This document shows, piece after piece, positions 50,762 through 59,686 of a stretch of DNA of 64,000 bases. Every line of letters starts with the position of its first letter. Positions within the stretch are counted from its first letter, which is position 1. The stretch is from IMG/VR virus record IMGVR_UViG_3300032282_005553, positions 64,001-128,000 of that record. One strand, given 5' to 3'. The notes under the pieces are model-generated. The model was given only the letters and a program-made list of their open reading frames with translations. It had not been told where the DNA came from and did not search any database. This stretch comes from a virus. Both the position numbers and the translations under genes were made by a program.

Positions 50762-51191
50762 TATCTAATTCCTTGAGTTTTGATAAAATATTTTTCTTTC
50801 CGATATTGTTTTGAAAAACAACATCTTTTGATTCCTTAATATCCATCTTTTTTGATATGGATGCATTCTTACTTTGATTTGCAGCAATGATTTTGACTTG
50901 CTGCTCTATCATACCGACAAGGTGTGGTGCTCGCAAAGAATAGATTTTTCTTCCTACGTCGCTATTTAAAGCTTTTATAATGGCTTGAGGAGGATATTGT
51001 TTTACTAATTTATTGGCTGATGCAATTTGATTTCTATAAAACATCGCCCAACTTTTTTGTAACCAAAATCTATAATGCAAATCTAATTTGTCTTTGGTTG
51101 CTTTTCTTTCACATATAATTTCTGTAATATATTGTGCTGCTGATACAGTTTTTCCATTTGAGTACTTGGAGTAATATTTTTCATCCATCAT
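50751..51191 (-). CDS. Hypothetical protein
   Basis: 146-aa ORF overlapping both neighbours. Confidence 0.7.
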   Translation of the reverse strand: MMDEKYYSKYSNGKTVSAAQYITEIICERKATKDKLDLHYRFWLQKSWAMFYRNQIASANKLVKQYPPQAIIKALNSDVGRKIYSLRAPHLVGMIEQQVKIIAANQSKNASISKKMDIKESKDVVFQNNIGKKNILSKLKELDNES

Positions 51192-51591
51192 ATTCTTGTT
51201 TAGTAAATGTTTCTTGACATGTCTCTGTCAATTTTTGTTGAAAACGACTAGTAAACTTTTGTACATATGTGTTATAGTCTTTTTGAGCTGGTACTGGGAT
51301 ATGATAATTTTTCTTTATCATTTCTTTTGTTTCTTTGAGATATCCTTTTTCATCTACTTCACTGATCTCTATGGTCATTGAAACTCTTATTTCGTGAGGA
51401 TTTTTGCCTATATGTACTGGTTCGATAACTTCTGGATGTTTTTGGGAAAAATCTAATGGCTGATCCTGATTTAATTCATCGAACTTAGCCTCTCGTGCAG
51501 CATCAAATTTTTCTTTTATCCTATTTTCTATTTTAGAAAGAAGTTTTTTTTCTTCTTCAGATAATGTTTCTAGTATGTCATTAGTTTCCAT
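51181..51591 (-). CDS. Hypothetical protein
   Basis: 136-aa ORF overlapping both neighbours. Confidence 0.65.
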   Translation of the reverse strand: METNDILETLSEEEKKLLSKIENRIKEKFDAAREAKFDELNQDQPLDFSQKHPEVIEPVHIGKNPHEIRVSMTIEISEVDEKGYLKETKEMIKKNYHIPVPAQKDYNTYVQKFTSRFQQKLTETCQETFTKQEYDG

Positions 51592-51916
51592 TTGGTCTAT
51601 ATATTCCTGGGGTGTCTTGTTTTACGGTACTGGTTCTTTTTTTCTTTGCTTCATCATTGATCATAGATGATTCTTTGGTCATTATAGCAACATGAGATTT
51701 TTTGTTTGCTGTTTCTCTTATCATCATGTTTTTAGACTGAGAATTGCCTACTGGTTCTGATTTAGTTTTTACCTTGTTTGTATTGTCTACAGACGATATT
51801 GCAGTTTGTACCTGTTTTTCTGGTATGTCTAGTTCTTCGGCAATTTTTTCTGTTGACCAACTACTATGGTTTAGCCATAGAATAGCGTACTTTTGTATTT
51901 TATTTAATTTAGCCAT
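51581..51916 (-). CDS. Putative HTH DNA-binding protein
   Basis: WSTEKIAEELDIPEKQVQTAI matches an HTH pattern. Confidence 0.55.
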   Translation of the reverse strand: MAKLNKIQKYAILWLNHSSWSTEKIAEELDIPEKQVQTAISSVDNTNKVKTKSEPVGNSQSKNMMIRETANKKSHVAIMTKESSMINDEAKKKRTSTVKQDTPGIYRPNGN

Positions 51917-51919
51917 GAT

Positions 51920-52315
51920 CTATTCAGTCTCCCTTTCTGCATTAAAAAGCCATGAAGTATTTTTTGTATTCAAAAATTTTATATACCAAGCAAATGTTTT
52001 TTCATTAACTTCTTTAAATTTTTTATTCCCTCTACAGATTCTATTTAAAAATGTTATTTCGTTTTCTGATCCATATATAGAAATTGGATTATAAAATTTA
52101 CCACTATTTGATAGTCTTATAGTATATTTGACTGATCCGTCTTTTCTAAGACTTTTTTTAGCAAAAACTTTATCTCCGTCTTTATTTTTTTTTGCAGAAC
52201 CTTCGTCATCGATGAAATCTTCTTGACCTACCAAAGTATAGTAGTCATTAGTTTCGGTTTCTTTTTCTGTCTTACCAGAAAAAACACTTCTTGGGTTAAA
52301 AATAAAATTGCTCAT
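51920..52315 (-). CDS. Hypothetical protein (start re-assigned to MSNFIFNP)
   Basis: ATG at 52315 lies immediately after the stop of the upstream gene, avoiding a 150-nt overlap. Confidence 0.65.
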   Translation of the reverse strand: MSNFIFNPRSVFSGKTEKETETNDYYTLVGQEDFIDDEGSAKKNKDGDKVFAKKSLRKDGSVKYTIRLSNSGKFYNPISIYGSENEITFLNRICRGNKKFKEVNEKTFAWYIKFLNTKNTSWLFNAERETE

Positions 52316-52316
52316 A

Positions 52317-52661
52317 TTATGTCCATTTTGGTTTTTGTTTAGGTTTCTTAATTCTTGACATGCCTTTAGGTAATTCTTTTTCAGATGCTGTTTCTTTATA
52401 TGAATTATGTTTGATATGTAATGCTTCTGCTTGATCTTCTGACATACGATCTCTATTTCTGTTTGCAAGATCTCCTATTGTTTTAAGCTCACTGTCAGAC
52501 TTTTTAACAGATCCCATTATCGATGAGACATCCTGAATATAATCTCTTTCAGTGTTTTTGCTGCCGCATTCGCATATGGGATTAGAAATATAGTCTTTAA
52601 TATAAAAAAATAATTCAAAATATGAATTACACTTATTGCAATAATATGAATATGTTGGCAT
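52317..52661 (-). CDS. FmdB-family zinc ribbon protein
   Basis: MPTYSYYCNKC...CECGS; TAATG overlap with the HNH gene. Confidence 0.8.
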   Translation of the reverse strand: MPTYSYYCNKCNSYFELFFYIKDYISNPICECGSKNTERDYIQDVSSIMGSVKKSDSELKTIGDLANRNRDRMSEDQAEALHIKHNSYKETASEKELPKGMSRIKKPKQKPKWT

Positions 52662-53245
52662 TATGAAAAATAAGATTTTGGTAAATAAATCGCCCACTCA
52701 TCGGGTATATCCTGTATTATTCTAGAGATGAACATGGTCACTGGCAAGTACTTGATATTTTTCATGGGCTCTTGCGGTAATTTAATAAGAGGCATTTTAG
52801 CTTGTTTTGGAGTTTTGTTACTTTTTTTTCTATTACATCTGACGCAAGCGGTTACGATATTTGTCCAGTTTGTTGGAGATCCATTCTCATATGACCATAT
52901 TGATTTTGGAATTACATGATCATAGGTTAATTCATCTATATTTTTTACAATTCCACAGTATTGACATGTATAATTATCTCTAATAAATAGATTTTGTCTA
53001 CAAAAATTAACCCGTTTGTTGCTCAACTTCAAATATTTGATAATCTTTGCAACAGCAGGAACAGGAAATTTTTTACCATTCGGTCCTAATATATGATCAT
53101 TTTTATAGAAATCTATAATTTCGATTCCCATATTTGGATTATCTTGATATCTAATAGACCATACAAGTGCCCTCTTCCAATTTATTACTGTTAAAGGCGT
53201 ATAGTCAGAATTTAATACTAAACATCTACTATTTTTCTGATCCAT
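52661..53245 (-). CDS. HNH endonuclease (McrA-like)
   Basis: LVLNSDY, RDNYTCQYCG, TYDHVIP, WTNIVTACVRCNRKK. Confidence 0.9.
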   Translation of the reverse strand: MDQKNSRCLVLNSDYTPLTVINWKRALVWSIRYQDNPNMGIEIIDFYKNDHILGPNGKKFPVPAVAKIIKYLKLSNKRVNFCRQNLFIRDNYTCQYCGIVKNIDELTYDHVIPKSIWSYENGSPTNWTNIVTACVRCNRKKSNKTPKQAKMPLIKLPQEPMKNIKYLPVTMFISRIIQDIPDEWAIYLPKSYFS

Positions 53246-53969
53246 TTTGACGTTCCAGATACTCTAATCTAGATAATATTTTAGCTATAATAGGATTACG
53301 TACAATATCTGAAAAGTCAAGTTTAGAAATGCCTATTCCTGGCACATTATCAAGAGCATTGCTCATGTCGTAAAACCCGCCCTGAGCATGTCTGTGAAGA
53401 TCAGACTGTGTAGTATCACCCGTAAGGACCATTTTACTATCTGTACCTAACCTAGTCAATAACATCTTTATTTGCTCATAGGAGGCGTTTTGGCATTCGT
53501 CTGCTACTATAAATGAATGATGAAAATTTCTGCCTCTCATCAGTCCTAATGGTACGATTTCAATCTTGTTATTAAGTTTTAATGAAACAAATTGTGCTGT
53601 ACTTATAAAATAATTTACCTCATCTAATAAGGGTAATAAATATGGATGCAATTTCTCTTCTGCTGTACCAGGAAGATATCCAATCTTTTCTCCGCTTTCT
53701 ACTACTGGTCTGGTAATAACAATTTTTTTGACTTTATTATCTAATAGATATTCCAAAGCCATACCAATAGCAATATGTGTTTTACCGCTTCCAGCAACAC
53801 CATGACAGAATGTAATGTCATTTTCTGCCACAGTTCTGATGTAGTTTTTTTGGTTTTCTGTTCTTGGCCTTAATCTATTTTTATAGCCGGGCTCTAAAAC
53901 TTCATCGCCAAGTGGATTTGTAGCATCAATAATTCTTTTCTTTTTGTTATTTTTAGAATTTTTTCTCAA
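53229..53969 (-). CDS. phoH: PhoH-like ATPase
   Basis: GVAGSGKT, RPVVE, GYLPG, MRGRNF, DECQN, GDTTQSD. Confidence 0.95.
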   Translation of the reverse strand: MRKNSKNNKKKRIIDATNPLGDEVLEPGYKNRLRPRTENQKNYIRTVAENDITFCHGVAGSGKTHIAIGMALEYLLDNKVKKIVITRPVVESGEKIGYLPGTAEEKLHPYLLPLLDEVNYFISTAQFVSLKLNNKIEIVPLGLMRGRNFHHSFIVADECQNASYEQIKMLLTRLGTDSKMVLTGDTTQSDLHRHAQGGFYDMSNALDNVPGIGISKLDFSDIVRNPIIAKILSRLEYLERQNGSEK

Positions 53970-53992
53970 TGTTTACCCTTTGCTTAATAGAG

Positions 53993-56188
53993 TTAAATTA
54001 GACACGCGCCACCAGCACAACTAATTTCCTCTATACCAGCAGTATTATCCTCTGTCTCAGATAGTTGTGTATAATCGACTTTCTTAAAACTATTGAACAG
54101 ATCACAGTAGATCTTCCAATTGTATACGTCTTTCATACAATAGGTTAATCTCTTAACATCACCATCAAAATATTTTCCTGAAAAGTTTTTCATCTTTGTT
54201 ACAAAGACGAGCTTATTCTCATTATGATCTTTATTTGCTTGGTTTAATGTCACATAATCGCAGGCCGCCCACAAATTATTATCGAATGCATTGAGGGCTA
54301 ATTCGATTAATCCAGAGCACCATAGTGCAGCATCTCCGTATTCTTTAACGATTTCACGACTAGTGTAAACAGTAGTAAAAGGAGCCTGTGGATAATCCTT
54401 ATCTCCGCTTTGGGGGATAAGGCTTATACCAGCAAAATATTTACGATTATTATAGATATATTTTGTAACATCATCCCATTCGTCTGGTTTTACGGTAACT
54501 GTATTGCTAACATTATGACTAAGATAATCTTGTGTGCATAATGCTCTATTTTTACCAGAATTAACCCAATTTTTTTGTGTATCTTTTACTATTGATAACA
54601 TTTCTACTGCTGGTAATTGATTTTTAGTTTTTGCTCCATCGGGAACTTCAACTGGAAATTTTATTATTTCATCGGTATTATTCGCTGACCATGCTGATTT
54701 GTCGCAAGCCTGCGGGTTATATTTCTTAAAGTGTTGGTATGGTGCCTCTAAAACATTGGCCTGTACGTGGCGTATGTAGCGTTTGGCGTGATGAGGATGA
54801 ATACCGGAGCTAGTTCCCAACATACTGCTACTGGTGCCTTCTGGTTTTAAACAGGTTACTCTTGCAGCCTGATTAATTTTTATTTTTTTGGCTATTTCTT
54901 TGTTAGTTTCAACTGCTATTTTGGCACCTTTTGTTAATACTTTTTCGGTCAATACTAGATCATGCTTTTCCATGATGCCAGTTAATGAAACTCCTAATAA
55001 AGCTTCTCTTTCGAATATTTTTTGACTTATTTCTCCAAGGTATTCTAATGTTGTAAATCCAGCCTGTAGAGTACCTATAATAGCAGCAGCACGGCATCTT
55101 TCAAAGAAATCATCTTCGTCTTCGACACTGGAACAATTGATGGTGGATAAATTACATCCTTGCCATCCGCTTTTGCCGCTTTCTTCGTCAACAGGCCACA
55201 TTCCAATTTCAACGCATGGATTGAAAATCATTTCTGTTGATTCACTCCAAATGAATCCAGGTTCTCCAAACTCTTTCACACTTTCCATCAATGTTTGAAA
55301 TTCTTCAAATGTTGTTTCGTCTTTGAGTAATAGGGCGGAGTTATTACTACGTGCTCTTTGTGGATTTTCAATATACCAATTTCCTGTTTTAGCTTTTGCC
55401 ATTTCTTCATCATCCGGACTGAATAACGCAAGGCTAGCAGAGCGACGTACTCCGCCACTAAGTACAGCATCACTACTATGCATGACTATATCATAGGCAT
55501 CTATTGGTCTTAGTTTTTTTTGTCCACTAGAAATATAACGATCTAGTAAACCACGAATTTTTTCTAGACCATTTTGTAATGGTTCAAATCCTGGTGCTTT
55601 TCCTACTCCAGAACTTAGTGCTGTGCCTTTTTGTCTTATTTGAGAGTAATCAAATACAACATAGCTATTTTTGTACATTTTGAATTCTTCGATTGGTTTA
55701 CTGAAATAGCTACTCAATAGTACTCCGAGAGCATCGGCCCATCCTTCTATGCTATCTTCTATTGTGTATTTGATACCTATTGCATTTTCATCGATTTCGT
55801 GTTCTAGTGTTGGTAATTTACTTACGTGGTGTTTTTGCACACTAAAACCGGTACCACTACCGCAAAGAAGCAACCAAAAGCATTCTTGGAAAAAGCGTAA
55901 TCTATCACAGTAAGAACTTGTGCAATTATAGATTTTTGCGTGTCTTTTTAAAATTGGGTCACCACCAAACTGCAATGCTCTTTGACTACCTAGAACCTTT
56001 TTCTTATACATCACATCGTATGCCCAATCTATCTCTTCAGAAATTCCAAAATCAGCATACTTGGTATGCATCATATTGCGAACTCTGTCCACCGCTTCTT
56101 TCCAAGTTTCTCTTCTATTTTTATTTTCTAACCAACGAGCATATTTGCTTACGAATGTATAATTTTGAAGTTCTTGAAGAGCGGACAT
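53993..56188 (-). CDS. nrdJ: Class II (AdoCbl-dependent) ribonucleoside-triphosphate reductase
   Basis: YNC, GSGTGFSV, GGVRRSA, NPCVEI, CNL, TCLKPEGTSS, C-terminal CAGGAC; AGGAG RBS. Confidence 0.92.
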   Translation of the reverse strand: MSALQELQNYTFVSKYARWLENKNRRETWKEAVDRVRNMMHTKYADFGISEEIDWAYDVMYKKKVLGSQRALQFGGDPILKRHAKIYNCTSSYCDRLRFFQECFWLLLCGSGTGFSVQKHHVSKLPTLEHEIDENAIGIKYTIEDSIEGWADALGVLLSSYFSKPIEEFKMYKNSYVVFDYSQIRQKGTALSSGVGKAPGFEPLQNGLEKIRGLLDRYISSGQKKLRPIDAYDIVMHSSDAVLSGGVRRSASLALFSPDDEEMAKAKTGNWYIENPQRARSNNSALLLKDETTFEEFQTLMESVKEFGEPGFIWSESTEMIFNPCVEIGMWPVDEESGKSGWQGCNLSTINCSSVEDEDDFFERCRAAAIIGTLQAGFTTLEYLGEISQKIFEREALLGVSLTGIMEKHDLVLTEKVLTKGAKIAVETNKEIAKKIKINQAARVTCLKPEGTSSSMLGTSSGIHPHHAKRYIRHVQANVLEAPYQHFKKYNPQACDKSAWSANNTDEIIKFPVEVPDGAKTKNQLPAVEMLSIVKDTQKNWVNSGKNRALCTQDYLSHNVSNTVTVKPDEWDDVTKYIYNNRKYFAGISLIPQSGDKDYPQAPFTTVYTSREIVKEYGDAALWCSGLIELALNAFDNNLWAACDYVTLNQANKDHNENKLVFVTKMKNFSGKYFDGDVKRLTYCMKDVYNWKIYCDLFNSFKKVDYTQLSETEDNTAGIEEISCAGGACLI

Positions 56189-56189
56189 A

Positions 56190-56351
56190 CTATCTCCTGT
56201 TATGGTATAAATTATCTATAAGACTAAAAGTAGTTAAGAATCCGAGTATTACTATTCCTTTAAAAGACTTTTCTATCATCGGTAAATTACCAGTAATACT
56301 ATAAAAAATAAAAACGCACAATACGATAAAGAATATTATTCTGTATGTCAA
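56190..56351 (-). CDS. Possible 53-aa two-TM membrane peptide (not in the ORF track)
   Basis: TTG...TAG frame gives MTYRIIFFIVLCVFIFYSITGNLPMIEKSFKGIVILGFLTTFSLIDNLYHNRR and ends next to the nrdJ ATG; no clear RBS. Confidence 0.35.
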   Translation of the reverse strand: MTYRIIFFIVLCVFIFYSITGNLPMIEKSFKGIVILGFLTTFSLIDNLYHNRR

Positions 56352-56401
56352 TATACACCATTTATCACTGTTGTGATTTGTATTTGTTTGAGATGTATAT
56401 T

Positions 56402-56429
56402 GTTATATTGATCAAAAAAGTGTTGTCAA
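56402..56429 (-). promoter_or_regulatory. Sigma70-like promoter upstream of nrdJ
   Basis: TTGACA-N16-TATAAC in the largest intergenic gap. Confidence 0.55.
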
Positions 56430-56445
56430 TCAATGGAAATTTAGA

Positions 56446-57216
56446 TCAAATATATTTTTGGTTATTGATCGGATTATGTTTTATGTACGATCCCCATTTG
56501 TATCTGCCGTACTCATGACAAAGACGTTCGTATTGCTGGGCTTTTGATTCCTGTTCCTTCGATTTGGCTGAAAGTGAAACGAAGTGATAGAAATGACATT
56601 TATAACTTCTTATCATTTTCATATTGTTTAATAAGCATTTTAGGAAAAAATCCCAATCAGAAACAAATCCAGATGGCGAAGGATAGTTTTCATCAAATCC
56701 TCCTATTTTAAGATAGTTAATTTTTGAAATCAAGAATGGAAAAGCACAACCATTGTTATCTATTAAATTTTTAGAAATATCTTTTGCATAATTCCAAAAA
56801 CCTAATAAATCAAATGTCTTAGGATCTCTACCCATATTATGTATATGTATCTGATGAAAAATTGATGGGAATGGTTCTATTTGATTAGGAGTCAATACAC
56901 TGTTGGGATCATAGTCTTTTTCTAGGATTTCATCCCATTTTTCAGGAAAAACATTGTCATCATTTACTATTAATATTTTGTCATAAATAGCATGATACAC
57001 ACCAATATTCGTTGCTCTACAGGTGCCTACATTTTGTTCTATATTAACGACCAAAATTTTATTTAAATATTTTTCTATTACAGATCTATTGATGTCTAAA
57101 AATCCATCTACAACAACAATAATTTGATTATTATTTATTTGTCCTTTAATAGCGGAATCTAAACATAAATCCAGAGCTTCTGGTGTTTTATATGTTGGTA
57201 TAATTACACTAATCAT
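56446..57216 (-). CDS. GT2-family glycosyltransferase
   Basis: ISVIIPTY, VVVDG, NIG, VNDDNV, GGFDE, DWDF. Confidence 0.9.
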   Translation of the reverse strand: MISVIIPTYKTPEALDLCLDSAIKGQINNNQIIVVVDGFLDINRSVIEKYLNKILVVNIEQNVGTCRATNIGVYHAIYDKILIVNDDNVFPEKWDEILEKDYDPNSVLTPNQIEPFPSIFHQIHIHNMGRDPKTFDLLGFWNYAKDISKNLIDNNGCAFPFLISKINYLKIGGFDENYPSPSGFVSDWDFFLKCLLNNMKMIRSYKCHFYHFVSLSAKSKEQESKAQQYERLCHEYGRYKWGSYIKHNPINNQKYI

Positions 57217-57848
57217 ATTAGTTTATAATATTCCCCTATCTGGAATTTAGATTTTGTATTCATTGATCCATGTTCACTTGGTATATAATTAGAAGATTTT
57301 ATAACTCTGAAGTCAACACTGACTCTGGCTTTTCCTGTAAGATTTGTCTTATTACCATGCATAAGATTTGAACCATCCCATTGTATAAATTCGCCATACA
57401 AACAGTTCATTGGAGAAAAATCTCCTTTATCTTCTTCTGATTCCACCCATATTGTATTGGTATCAAATGCATTGGTGAATGGCAAATAAAAATTATCTTC
57501 TTTGACATATTCTGCCCATGATTGATCTCTATAAAATTTATCTTTATGAAATTCTCCAACAGCTATATTGTTTGGATATGCCACTCTAAATGTTGGTATT
57601 TTTTGACAAACGATTTCTTCATTATATATAGGTTTTATGTAATGCAAAATAAAATTATCATATAGAGAGGAAAATTCTTGTGATCTTGACCATTCATAGT
57701 ATAATTTATGCCAATGTGTTTTTTGATCATTTTCTCTTGTAAAAATTTTTATATCATCATTTAATGATGCTAACTCTTCAATGTCAAAAATTTTTTCTAG
57801 TTTAGATTTAAAATTATATTTATCTGTATCGTAGTTAAATTTTTTCAT
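57213..57848 (-). CDS. 2OG-Fe(II) dioxygenase-like protein (StrG-like)
   Basis: HKD (HxD), LMHGN, RVSVDFR. Confidence 0.75.
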   Translation of the reverse strand: MKKFNYDTDKYNFKSKLEKIFDIEELASLNDDIKIFTRENDQKTHWHKLYYEWSRSQEFSSLYDNFILHYIKPIYNEEIVCQKIPTFRVAYPNNIAVGEFHKDKFYRDQSWAEYVKEDNFYLPFTNAFDTNTIWVESEEDKGDFSPMNCLYGEFIQWDGSNLMHGNKTNLTGKARVSVDFRVIKSSNYIPSEHGSMNTKSKFQIGEYYKLI

Positions 57849-58537
57849 ATACTACTCCAGTCTGTTAGTGGTGCTAGAAATTCAGTTTCTCCATGAGTAC
57901 AAAATCCGGGAACAGCGGTTATTAAAAATTCACGATTATCTCTAAGCTCAAGGAACATATTAAAGTCATGGGGATAATCATTGATATTTGTCCATTTCCT
58001 TAGAAATCTTTCAGATCTTTTAAGAGTGGAAACTTTAGATGCAAAAGTCATTGTTGTAGAATTCGTAAGTTTCCAATGAGAAGATCTAGTAAGAAATAAC
58101 CTAGTAAGTTCAGATCCTCCGGAACAATATGGATTTCCTCCATTAGAAGGGTCTTTGTATTTGTCTGGATGATCATATAAAGAAACAAAAGAAAAGCCTA
58201 AATCAAAACCTTCTTTTAAGATCACATCAGATCCTTGCTTATGAACATAATCATTTTCAACAAAATAAATGATTTCATCATTATCATATTGTAGGGCTTG
58301 ATTAAGAGCTAAATTAAATGTTCCCGCTCCATGTCCGACAGAAACAGATTCTATTTTTGAACTGTCAATATATTGCAATATCATTTGATATGTATTATTA
58401 CAAACATTATCTGCAATAATCATAATATCAGAATTTGAGAATACATCACAAAAATTTTTAAGACAATTTTCGTTATTTATATAGTCTGGTTTAATTTTTT
58501 TATATCCAGAATCAGAAATACGATAGATAATTTTCAT
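57845..58537 (-). CDS. GT-A fold glycosyltransferase-like protein
   Basis: IIADN, YFVENDYVH (DxD-like), SLYDHPDKY, STTMTF, TH. Confidence 0.7.
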   Translation of the reverse strand: MKIIYRISDSGYKKIKPDYINNENCLKNFCDVFSNSDIMIIADNVCNNTYQMILQYIDSSKIESVSVGHGAGTFNLALNQALQYDNDEIIYFVENDYVHKQGSDVILKEGFDLGFSFVSLYDHPDKYKDPSNGGNPYCSGGSELTRLFLTRSSHWKLTNSTTMTFASKVSTLKRSERFLRKWTNINDYPHDFNMFLELRDNREFLITAVPGFCTHGETEFLAPLTDWSSI

Positions 58538-59190
58538 TTTTGAGTATCGGCTAAAACCTTATCGTATAATTCATTTTGATCTCGTTGTCTTGCAATATCT
58601 TTTTTATGAATAATTGCAAAATTTTCTAATGAATCTAGACCAACAACATCTGATGCTCCAATCACACCACAATGAGGTCCACCAGTCCATTGAATATTTT
58701 TTGTATTTTTATATAGTCTTGGTTGATAGTCTGGCCAATTTATCCAACCAAATTCATTGACATGCCAATTCCATTTTTTGATATCCTCATCAGTTAAACC
58801 ATCTACTGTATTAATTCTTGGTATATATACGAGACCAAAATTATTTTTGCGCACAATATCTCTTAGTATATCAAAAGACTCCTCTGGATAATCTTCATCA
58901 GAATCTAAATTAAATATATATGGTTTTGTAGCAAATGTATTCATATGATTCTTTAGGGAAGGAAAAGCATCATAGTTATTTTGCATAAAATGATATGTTC
59001 CATAGATAATTGGATAAGATTTAACGATTTCTGTTATTTCTTTATACCAATTTTCTTTTTGTTCAGAAATTTCTCTATATGTTTGTATAACAACTATTTC
59101 TTCGTCTTCTTGTAGGACTTTTGTAAATTTGTCTAGTAAAGTTTTGATATATTCTTTTTCATTATATACTGTTGTGCAATACGATATCAT
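58534..59190 (-). CDS. GT2-family glycosyltransferase
   Basis: TVYNE, KN, NLDSDE, PRIN, WPDYQPRLY. Confidence 0.85.
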   Translation of the reverse strand: MISYCTTVYNEKEYIKTLLDKFTKVLQEDEEIVVIQTYREISEQKENWYKEITEIVKSYPIIYGTYHFMQNNYDAFPSLKNHMNTFATKPYIFNLDSDEDYPEESFDILRDIVRKNNFGLVYIPRINTVDGLTDEDIKKWNWHVNEFGWINWPDYQPRLYKNTKNIQWTGGPHCGVIGASDVVGLDSLENFAIIHKKDIARQRDQNELYDKVLADTQK

Positions 59191-59651
59191 GTTTTTAGTC
59201 TCTCAAGCCAGGTTAATTCTGTTTCTATATATTCTATACTTAAGCCACTCATCTCTATAAATAGATCGAATCTAGATTTACTATTTTCGTCAAATAAATG
59301 AGTACCATGTGATTTGTGCATGTAAACTTTTTTAATTCCTTCTTGCCACAGAGCCATTATACAATCGTTACATGATTGTCCCGTGATATAAGCTATTCCG
59401 TTATCTGGACGTATGACACAATTTGATAGAGCATTTCGTTCTGCATGAATCATCCAAGGGTATTTATCTGGTCGAGTATTTGGAAGTTTAGAATCGTCTA
59501 GTCCTTTTGGAAAACCATTATATCCAACGCCAAGAATTCTGTGATTATTATCTGTTATAATGCATCCATGCTGTGTCTGAATATCGTGACTCCTAAGAGA
59601 CACGACTTTTGCCAAGCCTAAAAAATATTCGGTCCACGATGGTCTGTCCAT
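59187..59651 (-). CDS. dCMP deaminase (start re-assigned to MDRPSW)
   Basis: RPSWTEYF, GYNG, HAERNA, CNDC. Confidence 0.9.
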   Translation of the reverse strand: MDRPSWTEYFLGLAKVVSLRSHDIQTQHGCIITDNNHRILGVGYNGFPKGLDDSKLPNTRPDKYPWMIHAERNALSNCVIRPDNGIAYITGQSCNDCIMALWQEGIKKVYMHKSHGTHLFDENSKSRFDLFIEMSGLSIEYIETELTWLERLKT

Positions 59652-59657
59652 AACTGT

Positions 59658-59685
59658 ATTATATTGAATCCGGGATAGGTCGCAA
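59658..59685 (-). promoter_or_regulatory. Sigma70-like promoter, possibly giving a leaderless dCMP deaminase mRNA
   Basis: TTGCGA-N16-TATAAT followed 6 nt later by the ATG at 59651. Confidence 0.45.
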
Positions 59686-59686
59686 G

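Noticed and set aside
51920-52697. Long overlaps implied by track starts at 52468 and 52697
   Set aside because: Downstream ATGs at 52315 and 52661 give abutting genes and the canonical MPTY start of FmdB proteins.
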